DNA of 64,000 bases from Ramazzottius varieornatus (lineage: Eukaryota > Animalia > Tardigrada). Of this stretch, positions 1 through 12,649 are shown piece by piece (within the stretch, counting starts at the first letter, position 1; each line of letters begins with the position of its first letter). The DNA lies in NCBI GenBank assembly GCA_001949185.1, contig BDGG01000010.1, positions 1,683,773-1,747,772 of the forward strand, given 5' to 3'. The notes below the pieces were generated by a model. That model saw only the letters and a program-made list of their open reading frames with translations. It did not search any database and was not told the origin of the DNA. The translations under genes and the position numbers were made by a program.

Positions 1-492
1 TCAGTTGAAAGAACTCTTGAATGAGAGGACGTCTTGAATCAATCTGCGTGGCGATGAAGATAATTAATGCGGTTCCATTTCCGTCTTCAGCAGATTCGCC
101 CTTTGTTCCTTCTTTGCTTCCCTGCCTTAATATTCTTCACAAAATTACCTTTGTTTTTTCTGACACGAAAACGTGCGCTTTCTTTATCTTCATGGAATCA
201 TGGACTAGTGGAGCGTGAAGACCTTCCGACTTCGGGCCATAAAGAACTTGGCGTTCACGTACGCACTTGCTTGGTCGGGTTACGGGTAATATCCTCTGTA
301 CATATTTCGCCTTACGTCCGCAGATACTAACTGACACATAACATAACATGATTTGGTTTGTGATCTGAGAGCCAGGACCAAAATCTGTTTCTGATTTCTT
401 GGATTAGCCCACGAGTCTCTGGAGTGTTTGTTTATTCATCTACGCGTTTCCAGACGGATAAACTGCAGGATCAGCACTACACAGTGGGGCAG

Positions 493-2135
493 ATGTTCCG
501 GCGAAAGGTAACTTGCTCTGTTTACAACGGTCGCAGTTGTATGATTTCCATCCCAGTCGTATCTCCAACCACTAATCCATTACCCTGCTACTCTAGGCTG
601 AAATCCCTGCTGAATGCAGAGATACCCAGAAAGAACAGGAGGAAGTGGACAAGAGCACACCTCAACTCGCTAAAGTCTTGACTGGACAGCATGCGGGCAT
701 CACCGGCTTGGACTTCCATCCAACAAAATATCAGATCGGTATGTGACCGTATGTCTGTATTTGCACGAAAAGCAATATCAAATAGTGACAAATACCTATC
801 GTTCTATCCAAGTACTTATCGTTCGTTACTCTGAAGGCAAACGCAATTTACTCTCCGGTTTTGTAGTGTCAAGCAGCACGGACGGTACCCTGGGACTGTG
901 GAGCATCAAACCTAATACTCGAGCCTTTCGTATGGTTGGACATCGAGTACGGAACAACGCTGCTCGGACTGCATTATTTTGGACTCGTGCAGTCTTTTAA
1001 TTAGTCTTGTTGCTTTCCTCAGGACGCCGCGTTGTGCGTGCGTTTCTCCGCGGAAGGGCACATATTAGCTTCCGGATCAAGGGATAAAACTATTCGGATG
1101 TGGATTCCGAGTTCGTGAGTCCTGCTTTGTCGCGATGCTTTTTCATCTCCAGAAGCAATCTGTACAAGAAGAAAATATTCTGTTTTTGCAGGAGAGCAGA
1201 ATCTATGGCTATTCAGGCTCATACAGCAGCTGTGTCTTCGATCGATTTTTCTCTGGACACAACCATTTTTTGTAGCGGTTCTCACGACAAGTCGATAAAG
1301 GTGAGACCAATCAGCAAGGCTGCGAACTCCGTGGCATGGCGCAGCAGGTCATTCAGGCGATTTTCCCATACTTTAGTCATATTTTACAGTGCTCATGTAC
1401 AACAGAATTAGTTGGGCGCAGGAGATATTGCACTAATTTTGGTCGTAGATTTGGGATGGTCAGCAGTTCAAGTTCTTACAGAGCTTTACTGGTCACAATC
1501 ACTGGGTGCGCTCAGTCAGGCAAGTACTCTCGTGTGGCTTGCGTTGTTGTTTTCCTGCTTTAATGAGCTAAAGACTTACGATGGATGGTCCTATTCTAGG
1601 TTTTCTCCGGACTCCAAAACTGTGGTCTCTGCTGGACACGACAATACTATTAAGCTCTGGTCGGTGAAAGAGAAATCAATTCTTTACAGTATAGAGTCCT
1701 TTGGCGGGACGGTTAACCACGCCCAGTTCCACCCTTCCGGCAACTATATAGCCGCCGCCATCGACGATGGCTCCATCAAAGTTTGGGATGTCCGGAAGTC
1801 CTTCCAGCTCGTACAGCTATATCGAGGTAATTTTTCACGCCTCCTTCCTTCCTTATTGGTCAGGTAAACATCGTACCCTTGACGTTGTCGTAGTACACGA
1901 CGGTCCTGTCAATCAGCTGGACTTCCACCCCTCCGGCAGCTTGCTGATATCAGTCTCGGATGACAAAACCATCAAAATCATGGATGCTGCAAACGGCGAA
2001 CTAATCTACACTCTCTACGGTCACGAGAGACCAGTGCGCCAAATACAGTTCGCTCCCACAGGGTTATTTTTCGCAACTGCTGGAGCCGATGATCGAATTT
2101 TACTATGGAAAAATGGTAGCCGTCCAACTTGCTGA
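493..2135 (+). CDS. POC1: POC1 centriolar WD40-repeat protein (multi-exon; start and last exon uncertain)
   Basis: Spliced exons give [96 protein letters not shown], colinear with the seven-WD40 POC1 pattern; GT-AG junctions present. Confidence 0.85.
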
Positions 2136-2320
2136 CATTGGCGTAGTTTTGAACCATTTTGAAAACTGAGCTTTCCCTCAGTGGTTCGCGGAACTGTTAG
2201 TTACCAATGGCTATTGGTCTTTCCTATTTCACCGCCTACATCTTTCGTAATTTTGATCTCATCTTCTAAGACCAGTGATCGAATAATGTGTAAATGAGCA
2301 GTCATATCTGAAATGAGCCG

Positions 2321-3985
2321 TTAAAGGTTGGCGCTTCTGTATAGTTCGGACAGTTCTTTGGCTGATTTCTTTAGTTTCTCCTTCTCTCCATCTGTCAGCG
2401 TCAAGTTGACCACGGCGTTTATGCCGTTTTGCGACAATACGCATGGCAAGCTCAGGAAGATTTCGTCTTCAATGCCTTGACATCCTTTGACCATGGTCGA
2501 CAGCGAGTAGATATGTTTCCGGTTCGACATAACTGCCGCGCAAAGTTCGGATACGCATAGACCGATGGCCCAAGATGTATATCCTTTCAGTTTGATGATC
2601 TCGTTTGCACTAGAGTAATGGAAACAACTTCATCCATGAGATTAAATCTTTTGTTTCGGAGCTCTCCATAAACCACCGGCTTGAGGGCACGACCCTGAGT
2701 GTGCTGATCACTCGCAGTCAAGGCCGTGCCGGTACCCGGAAGTGAGAACCGGACGTGCTCACCTCTCTATGACCAGCTTGTGCAAATCCAGCCACTTTTC
2801 GGGGTCTTTGTCGGTGCCAAGTTCCGGCTTCAGATCAGTCAGGCGAACTCCGGCAACATTCATTCCACTCCAAACCACCACTGAAAGGAGATGTCAGATA
2901 GGTTCCTCGATTCTCCTGCGTACCAATATACCAGTCCTTTGCCTTACTGTACCGCTCGAGTCGCCATGTTCGCCAATCACATAGCCATGACAGCTACTGA
3001 CGTCAGTTAGCAAGCGTTCAGCCATGTAGAACTTCAAACGGCTCGTGTCCAGTGCACATCCACTTCCAAACACTCGATGTGGAGGAAGTCCGCTGAGTTT
3101 CCAGGCTAGGTACGTCATCACGTCCACAGGGTTCGACACCACACACAGCAGAGTGTCCGGACTGTATTTCAGGAGCTGTGGGATGATTCCTGTAGACGAA
3201 CTGCTTTGGCAGGCACATGACGATGACTGCACATGTGTTCTACATATGCAAATAACATATGCCGTACGGACCTTTGAAGATGGCCGCATTTCTGTCTAGC
3301 AAAGACCTTCTGTCTTCCCCTTCTTTTTGTCTCGCTCCGGCAGAGATAATACATAACCTCTATAATAGACTGTGCTTAGTAGCTAAGTTGACCAGCAGCA
3401 CTTCCGGATTTCTAGCAGTTGAACTCAAACTCCGGTCTTACCGATCCGGCAGTAACGTCAAAGTTAGAGCTGCCAAGAATCTTTGCGTTGCCGGTGTAGT
3501 GGAGACCATGCTATCAATAAGGAACAAAGTGTGACACCACTGTGAGACCAAGGCTGGTCAGGCACTTCGGCCTATCCTTTGCTTGTACAGTACATAACCG
3601 CCAATACTTGTAAATCCAAAGTTTCTCCCCTGACTTTCTTCTCATCGACATCCACCAAACTCAGTTCACCGGCAAGTCTCTAAAAAGCCATAAATTGATA
3701 AGTTACCAGAAGCAACTGTTACAAGGCGCATACTGAAACTCGTCTGTATTAGGCTTCACCAACCTTGTTGATAATCGAAAACGCAATAGCCATTCCCACC
3801 TACGAAACAACCTTTTCAAGCGCGACAACGAGAAAAGCTGGCAGATTCTACTGTGGCTGTCAGAAATGGGTTATAACCTGACCGACGCCCACGATAGTAA
3901 CTTTAGAATACGCGCATTCCGATGGAGGCTGCATCTCCTTCATTAGCTTGCTTCGCAAGTCGCCCCCCGGCGTTGGGTTCGTCAT
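2321..3985 (-). CDS. LDH: L-lactate dehydrogenase (multi-exon)
   Basis: [13 protein letters not shown] Rossmann motif, [12 protein letters not shown] substrate loop with the LDH-specific Gln, VSNPVD, GEHGDSS active site, [16 protein letters not shown]; ATG at 3985, TAA at 2321. Confidence 0.96.
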
Positions 3986-4211
3986 GGTCTCACCAGGCCA
4001 CTTAAACTTCGGGGAGCAAGGTATTTACAATAAAGTAATTAATACGTCAATATACAATCCTTTATAGTATTGTCACACAAGCGGCCGAAAAAAAACACCG
4101 ATGGAAAAAAGTCAAAAAGATCCAAGGCCTGTAGCAACCATCCACGAGCGGTCAAACTAGAAAGTCAAAAAGCTGAAAGATCCAGATGTAAAACCGATAC
4201 GACGGAAATGT

Positions 4212-7200
4212 CTATATTAGCGAATCGGGAAAGACAGGTTGAGTTGAACGTGACACGACAGTCGGCTGCAACGGCGTCTGCATCTGGCTCCACGGATCCA
4301 TCACCGTTGGTGCTGCTTCGATCGGCGCTGGTGCCTGAATAGGCTGAGCGATAGGCTTCACAGCGTTCGCGGACTGCATCGCCAGTTTGTAAGACAGCGA
4401 GTTCGTCGGCATGGCGTTCGGATTTATGGACCAATTTGTGGTCTGCTTGACTAACGGGTCTTGGAGTGATGGTACCGAAGGCAGTGCTGTATTCCACGGG
4501 GCGGACGCGGGCGATCCATTCGTCCCTATCGGAAGTGCTGCCGTATTATTAGGGTATGTTGCAGCCGCATGTCCAGCGGTTGCAGAAGCGTATCCGTTGC
4601 CCACTGCGGTACTATTAGACACCGGAAATCCATTCACCGGTCCGTAGGCTGACACATTCTGCAACCGGAAAAGCAATTAACGTACGCACTAAATAGGACG
4701 TGGCAGATGATTTGAATCAGATCGTCATCTGGAGTGGCGCATGATATCATTGTTATTTTCTGAAAGTATGCCTCCCTTGTGAAAACAATCTGGTTTAGTT
4801 CAATTGACCACGTCGAAAATATTCCACCACATCCCATCAGGAACTTTGGACTATTCAGTTTTACCGGTGGCTGGTTAAAGTTGGGTGGTGGTTGAGACTG
4901 TGTGTAAACAGGAGGCGTCGGTGACGAGAAAGTTGAAGGTCCTTGCGACTCAGTCCTATGACTTCCGCCTATCTGCCCAGAGAACAAGGCCGGAGTGTTC
5001 GCTGGTGGAGGTGGGGGAGCTTTCATCGTGGGAAGACGAGGAAATGCGGGAATGTGGGCTGTCCTAGCCGGTTGACGATACGGTTGCGCAGTAGAGGCAT
5101 TACTGGAGGTGTCAGCAGGTGGGAAAGAAGCTTGTGTGTGACTCGCATAACCGCTATTCATATTGGAGTAACCACTATAGTCCAGCTGAAAGTTGCCTGT
5201 TTGGAAGCTCTGATGGTGAGAATAGTTTGGGTCGTACCCGGAGTAAATGTTATTTGTCTGATACTGATGTTGTATGTCGATTGTTTGGTGCTGGTGTTGC
5301 GAGGAGCCATCAAAGTAACCGTTTGGAGGTTGCTGGTTCCAAGCCTGCTGTTGGTCTTGGTAGCCTGCAGGGATCAATGTCTGCACGTTCGTCTGAGGCA
5401 CGGTAGTCTGTTGAAAACTAAGGTCTGGTCCACTGTTGTTGACCGAACTCGATCTTGAAGACTTCTTGGCTTCCAAGTAGTCCCGAAGAGTGGGCCTGCT
5501 GGAATTCGCAGCGAGGTTGCCGCCATAACCGCTGCTCAAATTATCTAGACAAGAAGACACGTAATCAAATTTCTAAAGCATTTATTGTGTCCTTAAGATT
5601 CAGGAATTACCGCTGAGGCTGTCCAACGTGCCATCTGCTACCAAGGTCTGGTTGGGTACGCCGTTCCGGTTGTTGAGGTAGTCGCGTAATGTAGGTCCTT
5701 GTGGAGTAGTCGCCTTCGACGAGCCATTCTGCGTGGGTACTGGTGGTCGTACGACCTTGGGTGGTGCTGGGAAGGAGGGAGTTACGGTCTTGGCCAGTTC
5801 CTCGGCTTTCCCCTTTACGTTGAGCAAATTATCCTTCAGGTTACGGTAGAAATCTAGTCCTTCATTAACCTTCTCGACAAACGTCATGTAGGAACGGTAA
5901 GCTTGAAGGAAATTGCCCACCACTTCCTCACGCCTACAAAAACATACCATGATCGTTTTCAGTACGAGTCCTAGTACTATTCCATTCAGGTATTTTACCG
6001 AGTAGCGGTGGTGACTAGATGGGCACGGAAGTCAGCCAGGCGTTCCACGACGGTCGTGATGGCCTCCATGATCTTCTCCTGGGCCGACATGTTCTGTTCC
6101 AGCAGCTGGATAATTCCCGAATGCTTCTTCAACTCTTCATCCATGAAAGCACTCAGGTTATCGTCACTTGACGCCAGAATTCTCTTTGTAATGTCATCGT
6201 TCTGAAGGCTGTTCCGCAAGTCTCGCAGAAAACTCTGCCGTTGGTTCTTCATTTCCTCGACCTTGCCAACCAGACGATCCAGTTCTTTTATGTCAAGGTC
6301 GACGTTCGGCACTAGCAAGCAAGATCAATATAAGACCCTAACCGACCAACGGCCGGACGAGAAAATGAACGAAACGCGTCTTACTGGCATCCAAGTTCAT
6401 TGTCGGCAAACTCTTCTTCACCACGTCGACTGGTCCGCCCAGCAGCACAAGAGTTTCCTGACTGTCCTGAACGTAGTTTTGAAGATCGTCACCGGTTGCG
6501 GCACCAGCACTGAGTGCTGCCGAGTACTTGCTCATCTCGTTACTGATTTGTTCAAGCACCGCGGCGTGGTTCTTGTCCAGCCTTGCCTGTAAGAGCACGC
6601 CGTTCAGATAAAGACTTCAGAGAATCTGTATGACTGTTTTTATTCTTACACTGCGCAGTGAAGAAATAATGTTTTCGGTTTCAGCCGCCAATTTTCGGAC
6701 TTCATCCGTAGTGTCATTCAGGGTTTCCGCCTGTCGCGAGATGTGATTCAGGACGTCGCCTTCTGTTCGAAGAGCGGCCATGATGTCAAGCAGGTCTTGC
6801 GGAATTATCTGGAAGCCTTCGGGAACCTTTAACTGCTCAAGTCGCAAGGCAGATACGACCGACCTGAAAGAAGCAACAATACCTTCGTCGAACGGTACTG
6901 AACTTACCGATGTCAAGTCAGAGTAATACGCACATGAGTTCCACATCCTTCATCTCGATGTTTTCCGTCATATTTCGAAGCAATTCCGCTTTCTTCTCAC
7001 TAGAAACAAGAGACAGAGACTGAACAACGGACGCACGGGCAGCGGGCAGCAACCTGCTCACCTGTAGAGTGAGGACCTTTCATGAGCGGCCATGGGGACT
7101 AGCCGAGAAAAGACATCCTGATCCAAGAACTCTCGTTCACTGAACGGTATACCCTTAACGAGGGAAACGCCTTTCACCGCTGGGAAACTCTTGTAGTCCG

Positions 7201-8915
7201 GCACCTTATCATGGTACACGAAGTCGTTGTCCTTCTTCGCAGCGTTCGACCTGTAGAAGAGCTCAATTATAAAGACTCGATCGAATTTTTCAAACACATA
7301 ATGTTAAAGCGATTTACTTCTGCTGAACAATATCCCGGACGAATTCCTCCGCAGCTTTGCAAGTATCTTCGTCCCCGCTATTCTGCAGAAGCAGGGACAG
7401 GCTACAGCTCTGGTATACATACTCCAAGAACCGTCGTTCTGTGGCCACTGTATCGTCACGTACCTTTATGAGCTTCTTACAGGCATCGAGGTCCTTGACA
7501 GCTGCCTCGAGATAAGCTATCCGTTCACCCCATTTCTCCCCTTCTCCGGCCTGACACGCCATGTGGTAGTCCATCATGCACTGGTAGTAGGATGATTTCA
7601 GCTCTAACAGCTGCCGCGGTATGAACTCCTGCAGAACTCCAAACTTTATCAAATTCCCAATTGAGAAACTACATATAAAGATCCAACGGCTTACCTTGAA
7701 GTTATCCATCCCCGGCATGCGCATCGTTGCTTCACTGTCCAGGGTTTTCAGGCAGATACGATAAAATTCAACGACCTGCGCCGCGACTTTAGCAATGATG
7801 GAATGTTTCCGATTATCTAAGAGCGATTTCTCCAGAATGCATTCTTGTGCTTGAGCCTATAAAGAAATTTCTTATAAATTTACGGTCCATCGGAAATGAC
7901 CAGTTGCTTGACGTACCATCATCAAGGTGATGTAGAACGTCAAAACATCGAACGACAGGTCAAACGTCGGCATCTGTGGATACTCCGTCCGCAGTTTCTC
8001 GAAAGCATACACTGCACATTGAAAGTGCGTACAGGCGACTTTCAACGCCTAAATGACGTGAAAATGTATAATATATTTTTAACACCATCAAACTTGTGGA
8101 AAGACTTGTTGCTGTACATACGTCGGAGTCGGCTCGTCGATCTACTGCGCCCAGGTACGAATGCAGAGCACCGATGTTGTAGAGGATATTCGCTTCCTCG
8201 AACTTTATATCCTTCTTCTCAACTGTTTTACCGGTGAAGTTATCCACCCTAAGTAATGACCAAACGTTCAAACATTTTACCTATGGATGGAAACACAAGC
8301 ATCAAAGCACAAGTTGAAATATATACTGACCACGAGAAGTCCACAGCAGCGGGTTCGCCCTCTCTCATGGGGAAGCGCGAATAGAGGAGTTTCAGCTGGC
8401 AATAATAGCGCTTCAGGATGTTACATCCCGCGATGTCCTTCTGGGCCTTTACCGCGTTCTACAAAGTTGATCAAGATTAAAGACCTTTACATTAGTGTGT
8501 TTGCCGCAGGGAACTGACACATCGCTTACATTGCGAAGCCCTTCCAGATCGGATATTTCCCTGTCGAATGCCGCGCTATGTTCTCCGTAATGAACCGTAA
8601 TGAACTAAAAAGCAAACAGAGTCACCACTGTCCATCTTCGGGGTAACAACATATGCTATGCTTAAGAATCCACAACATCCGACTGGTGGAGAGATGACAC
8701 TGCGTTAAGCGAAGACATATCCTCTGCCTACCTGTCGCAAGACGGGACCAAAGATTACAGGTTTCTTGGCCTCTTTGACATCGAGAGACAGCATATTCAG
8801 CCTACAAACGAAGAGTCTCAAAGAACAGTCGACTAACGCGAACACGTGAACATAAGACCATGAGGAGGCCATATGCATGCCCGAGAAGAACAACATACCG
8901 CGGTGCCGCCTCCAT
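4212..8915 (-). CDS. PTPN23: BRO1 plus V-domain ESCRT adaptor, HD-PTP/PTPN23 (myopic/EGO-2)-like, lacking a PTP domain
   Basis: N-terminus MEAAPR|LNMLSLDVKEA; BRO1 motifs FEEANILYNIGALHS, AQAQECILEK, KKDNDFVYHD, LVPMAAHE; V-domain DDITK and GLDFY; Pro/Gln-rich tail ending at 4212. Confidence 0.9.
4696..4815. repeat. Intronic palindromic repeat, copy A (in PTPN23 intron 4659-4864)
   Basis: ggacgtggcagatgatttgaatcagatcgtc...aacaatctggtttagttcaattgaccacgtcg folds back on itself and aligns by eye with copies at 43980 and 61086. Confidence 0.8.
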
Positions 8916-9573
8916 TGTGAAACGGGAGCGTAGGTTCCACGAGAAGTTTCTTCGAGAGTAGTGACTTCGACAAGCAGCGCTCACAATGATTTGTTCCCGA
9001 TGGTTATGTTGGTTCGTACGTCCGGATGTAGCTGAGTAGCCCAGTCAACAAGTTGTTCTTCTCGGATTCCAATCCATAGCGCCGAGTTTAAGCTACCAGA
9101 TCAGAAGGTACCTTTCCCAAACCATCCTTCAGTAAGGTTTGTCAGATTTCAACTTAAACAACTAGCTAAAAAGTTTGTAGTGACAATCGTTAATTAGCGA
9201 TAAGATAAGCCTTTATAGCTATGACGGAGGCTGAAAGTTAATCTGGAAATTGCGAGCGAAAGCTCACTAGCCCCATTCGACACTCACAGTAACATCATGA
9301 CGTCATCTGCGGATATAATGCTACTCTTTTAATACAGAGCCTGCGGGACGAACTTTCTCCTATGATGGCATGATACTTTTATGCGTATCGTATTGTGCTA
9401 ATGCGCTTTCGCTCGCAATTTCTATATCGCCGCTCCGAGTTCGAGGCTCCGAGCTACTCTGTAGTGATGTCGGCATAAGGGTATCGCGACCTAATTTACC
9501 CATGAAACAACGAGCCGACATGCTGGAGAGAAATAGGAGGGTAAGTAGAGTCAAAGTGAGGCCACTGCCAATA

Positions 9574-11426
9574 CCGTAGAGGCCCTTGGTCTCACGGTAC
9601 GTCAGAGGACTTATTACGGTTCAAACGTACACAGCTGACTACTGTGACGTCGTGAGTCCGTTTTGGGCACGTAAAACAGGAAAACAGCTGAATTTGAGAA
9701 AACTGTTTCTTGTGTTAAATACCGAATTCATCAGATCTTTATTCACTGTACTACTCTTTCCGTGCCGTCAAAATGCTGAAGAACAGGAAACGGAATGGTG
9801 CGAATGATAGTGTGGCGAAAGCTTCCCACCAACTGGACTCCGCTCAGAAGAGGAATCTGTTGGTGGCGATGGATTCAGGAGTAAGTGAAATCGTGCTTGA
9901 TATTTCTGTCCTCTTTGCTTCTCGTGATGCGTTTTGTGATCCCCATTACCGTTCGTCTTTATGTAAAGAATGCGCAGCTTTGCGACATGTTAACCTACAT
10001 GAATCGTCGGTCAGATATTATCGAAGGAACGAGAAGAAGATAAGACTGTCACTTGAAAATCAGAAGCCTTCCGTCAAGCAACTTAAGCTGCCAGTTTATC
10101 CTCAAGTTAATGAAGCAATGCTCAGGATTCTCAAGAAGATGCGTCAGGGAGGTACCTGTATTACCGGACGTTGGTTGAGAGACATGGCAGTGCTTTTCGC
10201 GGAATCGGAAGGGATTTCTGAATTCAGAGCGAGCAAAGGATGGCTGCGACGATTTTTGCAAGCGTCACGGTTACAGTACCAAAATTCTTCATGGTATGTT
10301 TCGATCTGTATGGTTGCCCTCATCTTGCTGGAATTCCCTGAACACTGTAGCAGTAGAATGTTTTCTTGTGTTCGTAGGAGAAGGTTCTATTGCGGACGTC
10401 TCGGCCTTGGAGAAGTGGTACAACGACGATTTGCCTAACACTTTTGGAGTTTGATCTCAGAGATATCTGGAATGAACTGGGTCTTTCCTACCGTCAAGTT
10501 CCCAGCAAGTCGCTGGTTGGAGAAGAAGAAGGAACACCCAAAGGCGTCAAGCTGAAGAAAGAGCGAGTCACTGTACTTCTGACAGGAAATGCGCTGGGTG
10601 AACGATTTCCGGTGTGGCTGGTCGGAAAATCGGAACAACCTCGCGCCTTCACCAAAGCTGGAGTGAGCAGCCGTGATACCATCAAACATAATTTCTGTTA
10701 CAGGCATAATTCTACAAGCTGGATGACAGGAAAAATCTTTTCAGAATTCCTGGAAGAACTCAACAAGAAGATGATCAGCCAGGAACGCAAAATTGCTTTG
10801 ATCGTCGACAACTTTTCAGGTCGTAAGGTTAACGAAACCTCCAACATTCGGATCTTTTTCTTACCTCCGAACTACACATCGAAAGCACAGCCTTTCGATG
10901 CAGGAATAATCAAGTCGTTTAAAGACCATTTCCGGCGCAGAATGTGTCACGACGTCTACGCCAAGAGGGAGTCTTTCAAGACTGCTGAAGGCTACTTCAA
11001 AACAGCCACCGTTTGGGATGCTTGTTTGTGGTCAGTTGAAGCTGACGAAGCTGTCTGTTGTCCAAACTAGGATTAATTGCTTTCGGCATTGCAAGATTAA
11101 TTACGAGACTGTTGATCAACATTTGCCTCGTTTGGATAATGAGTTTAGTTTCGCTGACTTTGTCCGTGAGAAATCTGAATTCCATTCACTGGTGGAATAA
11201 GATGACGAAGGAGGAGAGGGTAGCGATCAAGACACTTTGTGAGTTTTGATACGAAGAGCTCAGGGAATTCTAGAGGTCCTGACTTTACGGTTGGGCATAA
11301 CTTTTAATTTTGGCAGCTGCAGTTGAGTAAAGTCGGTCCAACTTAATGGCGTCACGCAGTACAGTAAGGCATTAGGGACTGCAAAACAGTGCTAGTGACG
11401 TACCGTGAGACCAAGGGCCCCTACTG
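9574..11426 (+). mobile_element. Tigger/pogo DNA transposon with 31-bp TIRs and TA target-site duplication
   Basis: Left TIR 9574-9604 and right TIR 11396-11426 differ at 2 positions; TA at 9572-9573 and 11427-11428; transposase remnants inside. Confidence 0.93.
9773..11200 (+). pseudogene. Degenerate Tigger (HTH psq/CENP-B plus DDE_1) transposase with putative introns
   Basis: FRASKGWLRRF, KERVTVLL, WMTGKIF, LIVDNFSG, LPPNYTSKAQPFDAGIIK; frameshifts; first catalytic Asp missing (WNELGL instead of NxDETGL). Confidence 0.88.
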
Positions 11427-11651
11427 TAGTGACTCGGAAGAGGGGCCCAGGGGTCTTTTTCCGAAAATTACACAAAATCAGTATCCGGAAATTCAGGGCT
11501 TTCTTCGTGAAATAGTTCTATTCCTCAGTTGACTTCAAATCACTGTTTGGTGCAGTTTTCGCCTAGGATGATCCCGATTCGGGAGGAGTTCTAAGCAAGC
11601 TGCCGTTACCAGTGTAGAAACAACGTCAGGGATTGGTACTGGAGCCTGCTC

Positions 11652-12551
11652 ATGGCTGATAATCGACGGCTCTTTGGCTACGGCCTGATCCTGAACGTGC
11701 TGTTTCTCCTGACTGTCTACGACCTGATGGCGAAAGGGAAGAGTGATCATGAACAAGAAGAAAGGGTGCAAGAAAGTGTGGACAAGACGCTACCCGAGCC
11801 GAAGATCTTGAACATGCGATCGGGGCCAGCGGGGCCCGTGTTGAAGTTCTTATACTGGTAAGTTAGTTGAGACCGGAAGTCGATCTTCCTGGCTAGTAAC
11901 TCGCACCGAATGGCATTGCTGGTGATCTGCTTTCCTTGCAGTTATTCATGAGGATATAGGAAAGTGTTTGAGCAATATCGCCAAGCACTTTCCGAACGTT
12001 TCCCTGACATTAGTATCGAAGGAGCCAACTTCGATCCCGATGCGTCGCGTGTTTACTTGGCCAAATTTTTGTCTTATGCGAAAGTTGCTGTCATATTCTT
12101 CATTGCCTGCAATATCAATCCGTTCGCGAGCCTAGGGATGGAAACTCCAGGCTTCATCCAGTGGGCGCAGGCGAACAAGGTACGTGTGTCTTCTTGTGCA
12201 ATAGCTCAACTTGGCGATTGTGCGATCAGTATTCCCCACAGCGTAAAATTTGATGTTACGGCTGTTTTTACTACTTGCAGGTCTACGCCTGTTTGATGGC
12301 TTGGTTCATCACGGGCATGTTCGAAAATTCCCTGATGAGCACTGGTGCATTCGAGATCTTTTACAACGGTAAGCAGATATGTCAGCTGTCCTATTCGATA
12401 AAACGGACACTGGTCAACCCTCTTTATATCCTCTGCAGATATGCCTGTGTGGTCCAAGCTTGAAAGCGGTCGCATTCCAGAGTTCCCGGAGGTCCTAAGC
12501 CTTGTCGGTCAGCAAAGTAGCTCTTTCTATAAGACCAGCACTCATTCATAA
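11652..12551 (+). CDS. SELENOT: Selenoprotein T, 214 aa, exons 11652-11857, 11942-12179, 12281-12368, 12439-12551; Sec TGA at 11949-11951
   Basis: Splicing gives LKFLYC-Y-S-U(TGA)-GYRKVFEQY (CxxU motif), STGAFEI, VWSKLESGRIP; all exon phases are consistent. Confidence 0.95.
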
Positions 12552-12583
12552 AATGTTATGCTTTACGGCACGACCGTATCATC

Positions 12584-12649
12584 GTGGATTGCAATGAAAG
12601 TAACCATGAAAGCGCGTAAGCGAAAGTGGCCAACTGGATAATTTTCCAC
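12584..12649 (+). promoter_or_regulatory. SECIS element (type II-like) in SELENOT 3' UTR
   Basis: gtgga/tccac helix I, ATGA at 12594, 11 nt later AAA at 12609, cgc-gtaa-gcg apical ministem, GA at 12637; AATAAA at about 12700. Confidence 0.85.

Noticed and set aside
3542-3553. 12-bp match (gtgagaccaagg) to the Tigger TIR in an LDH intron
   Set aside because: Too short, with no partner TIR or TSD.
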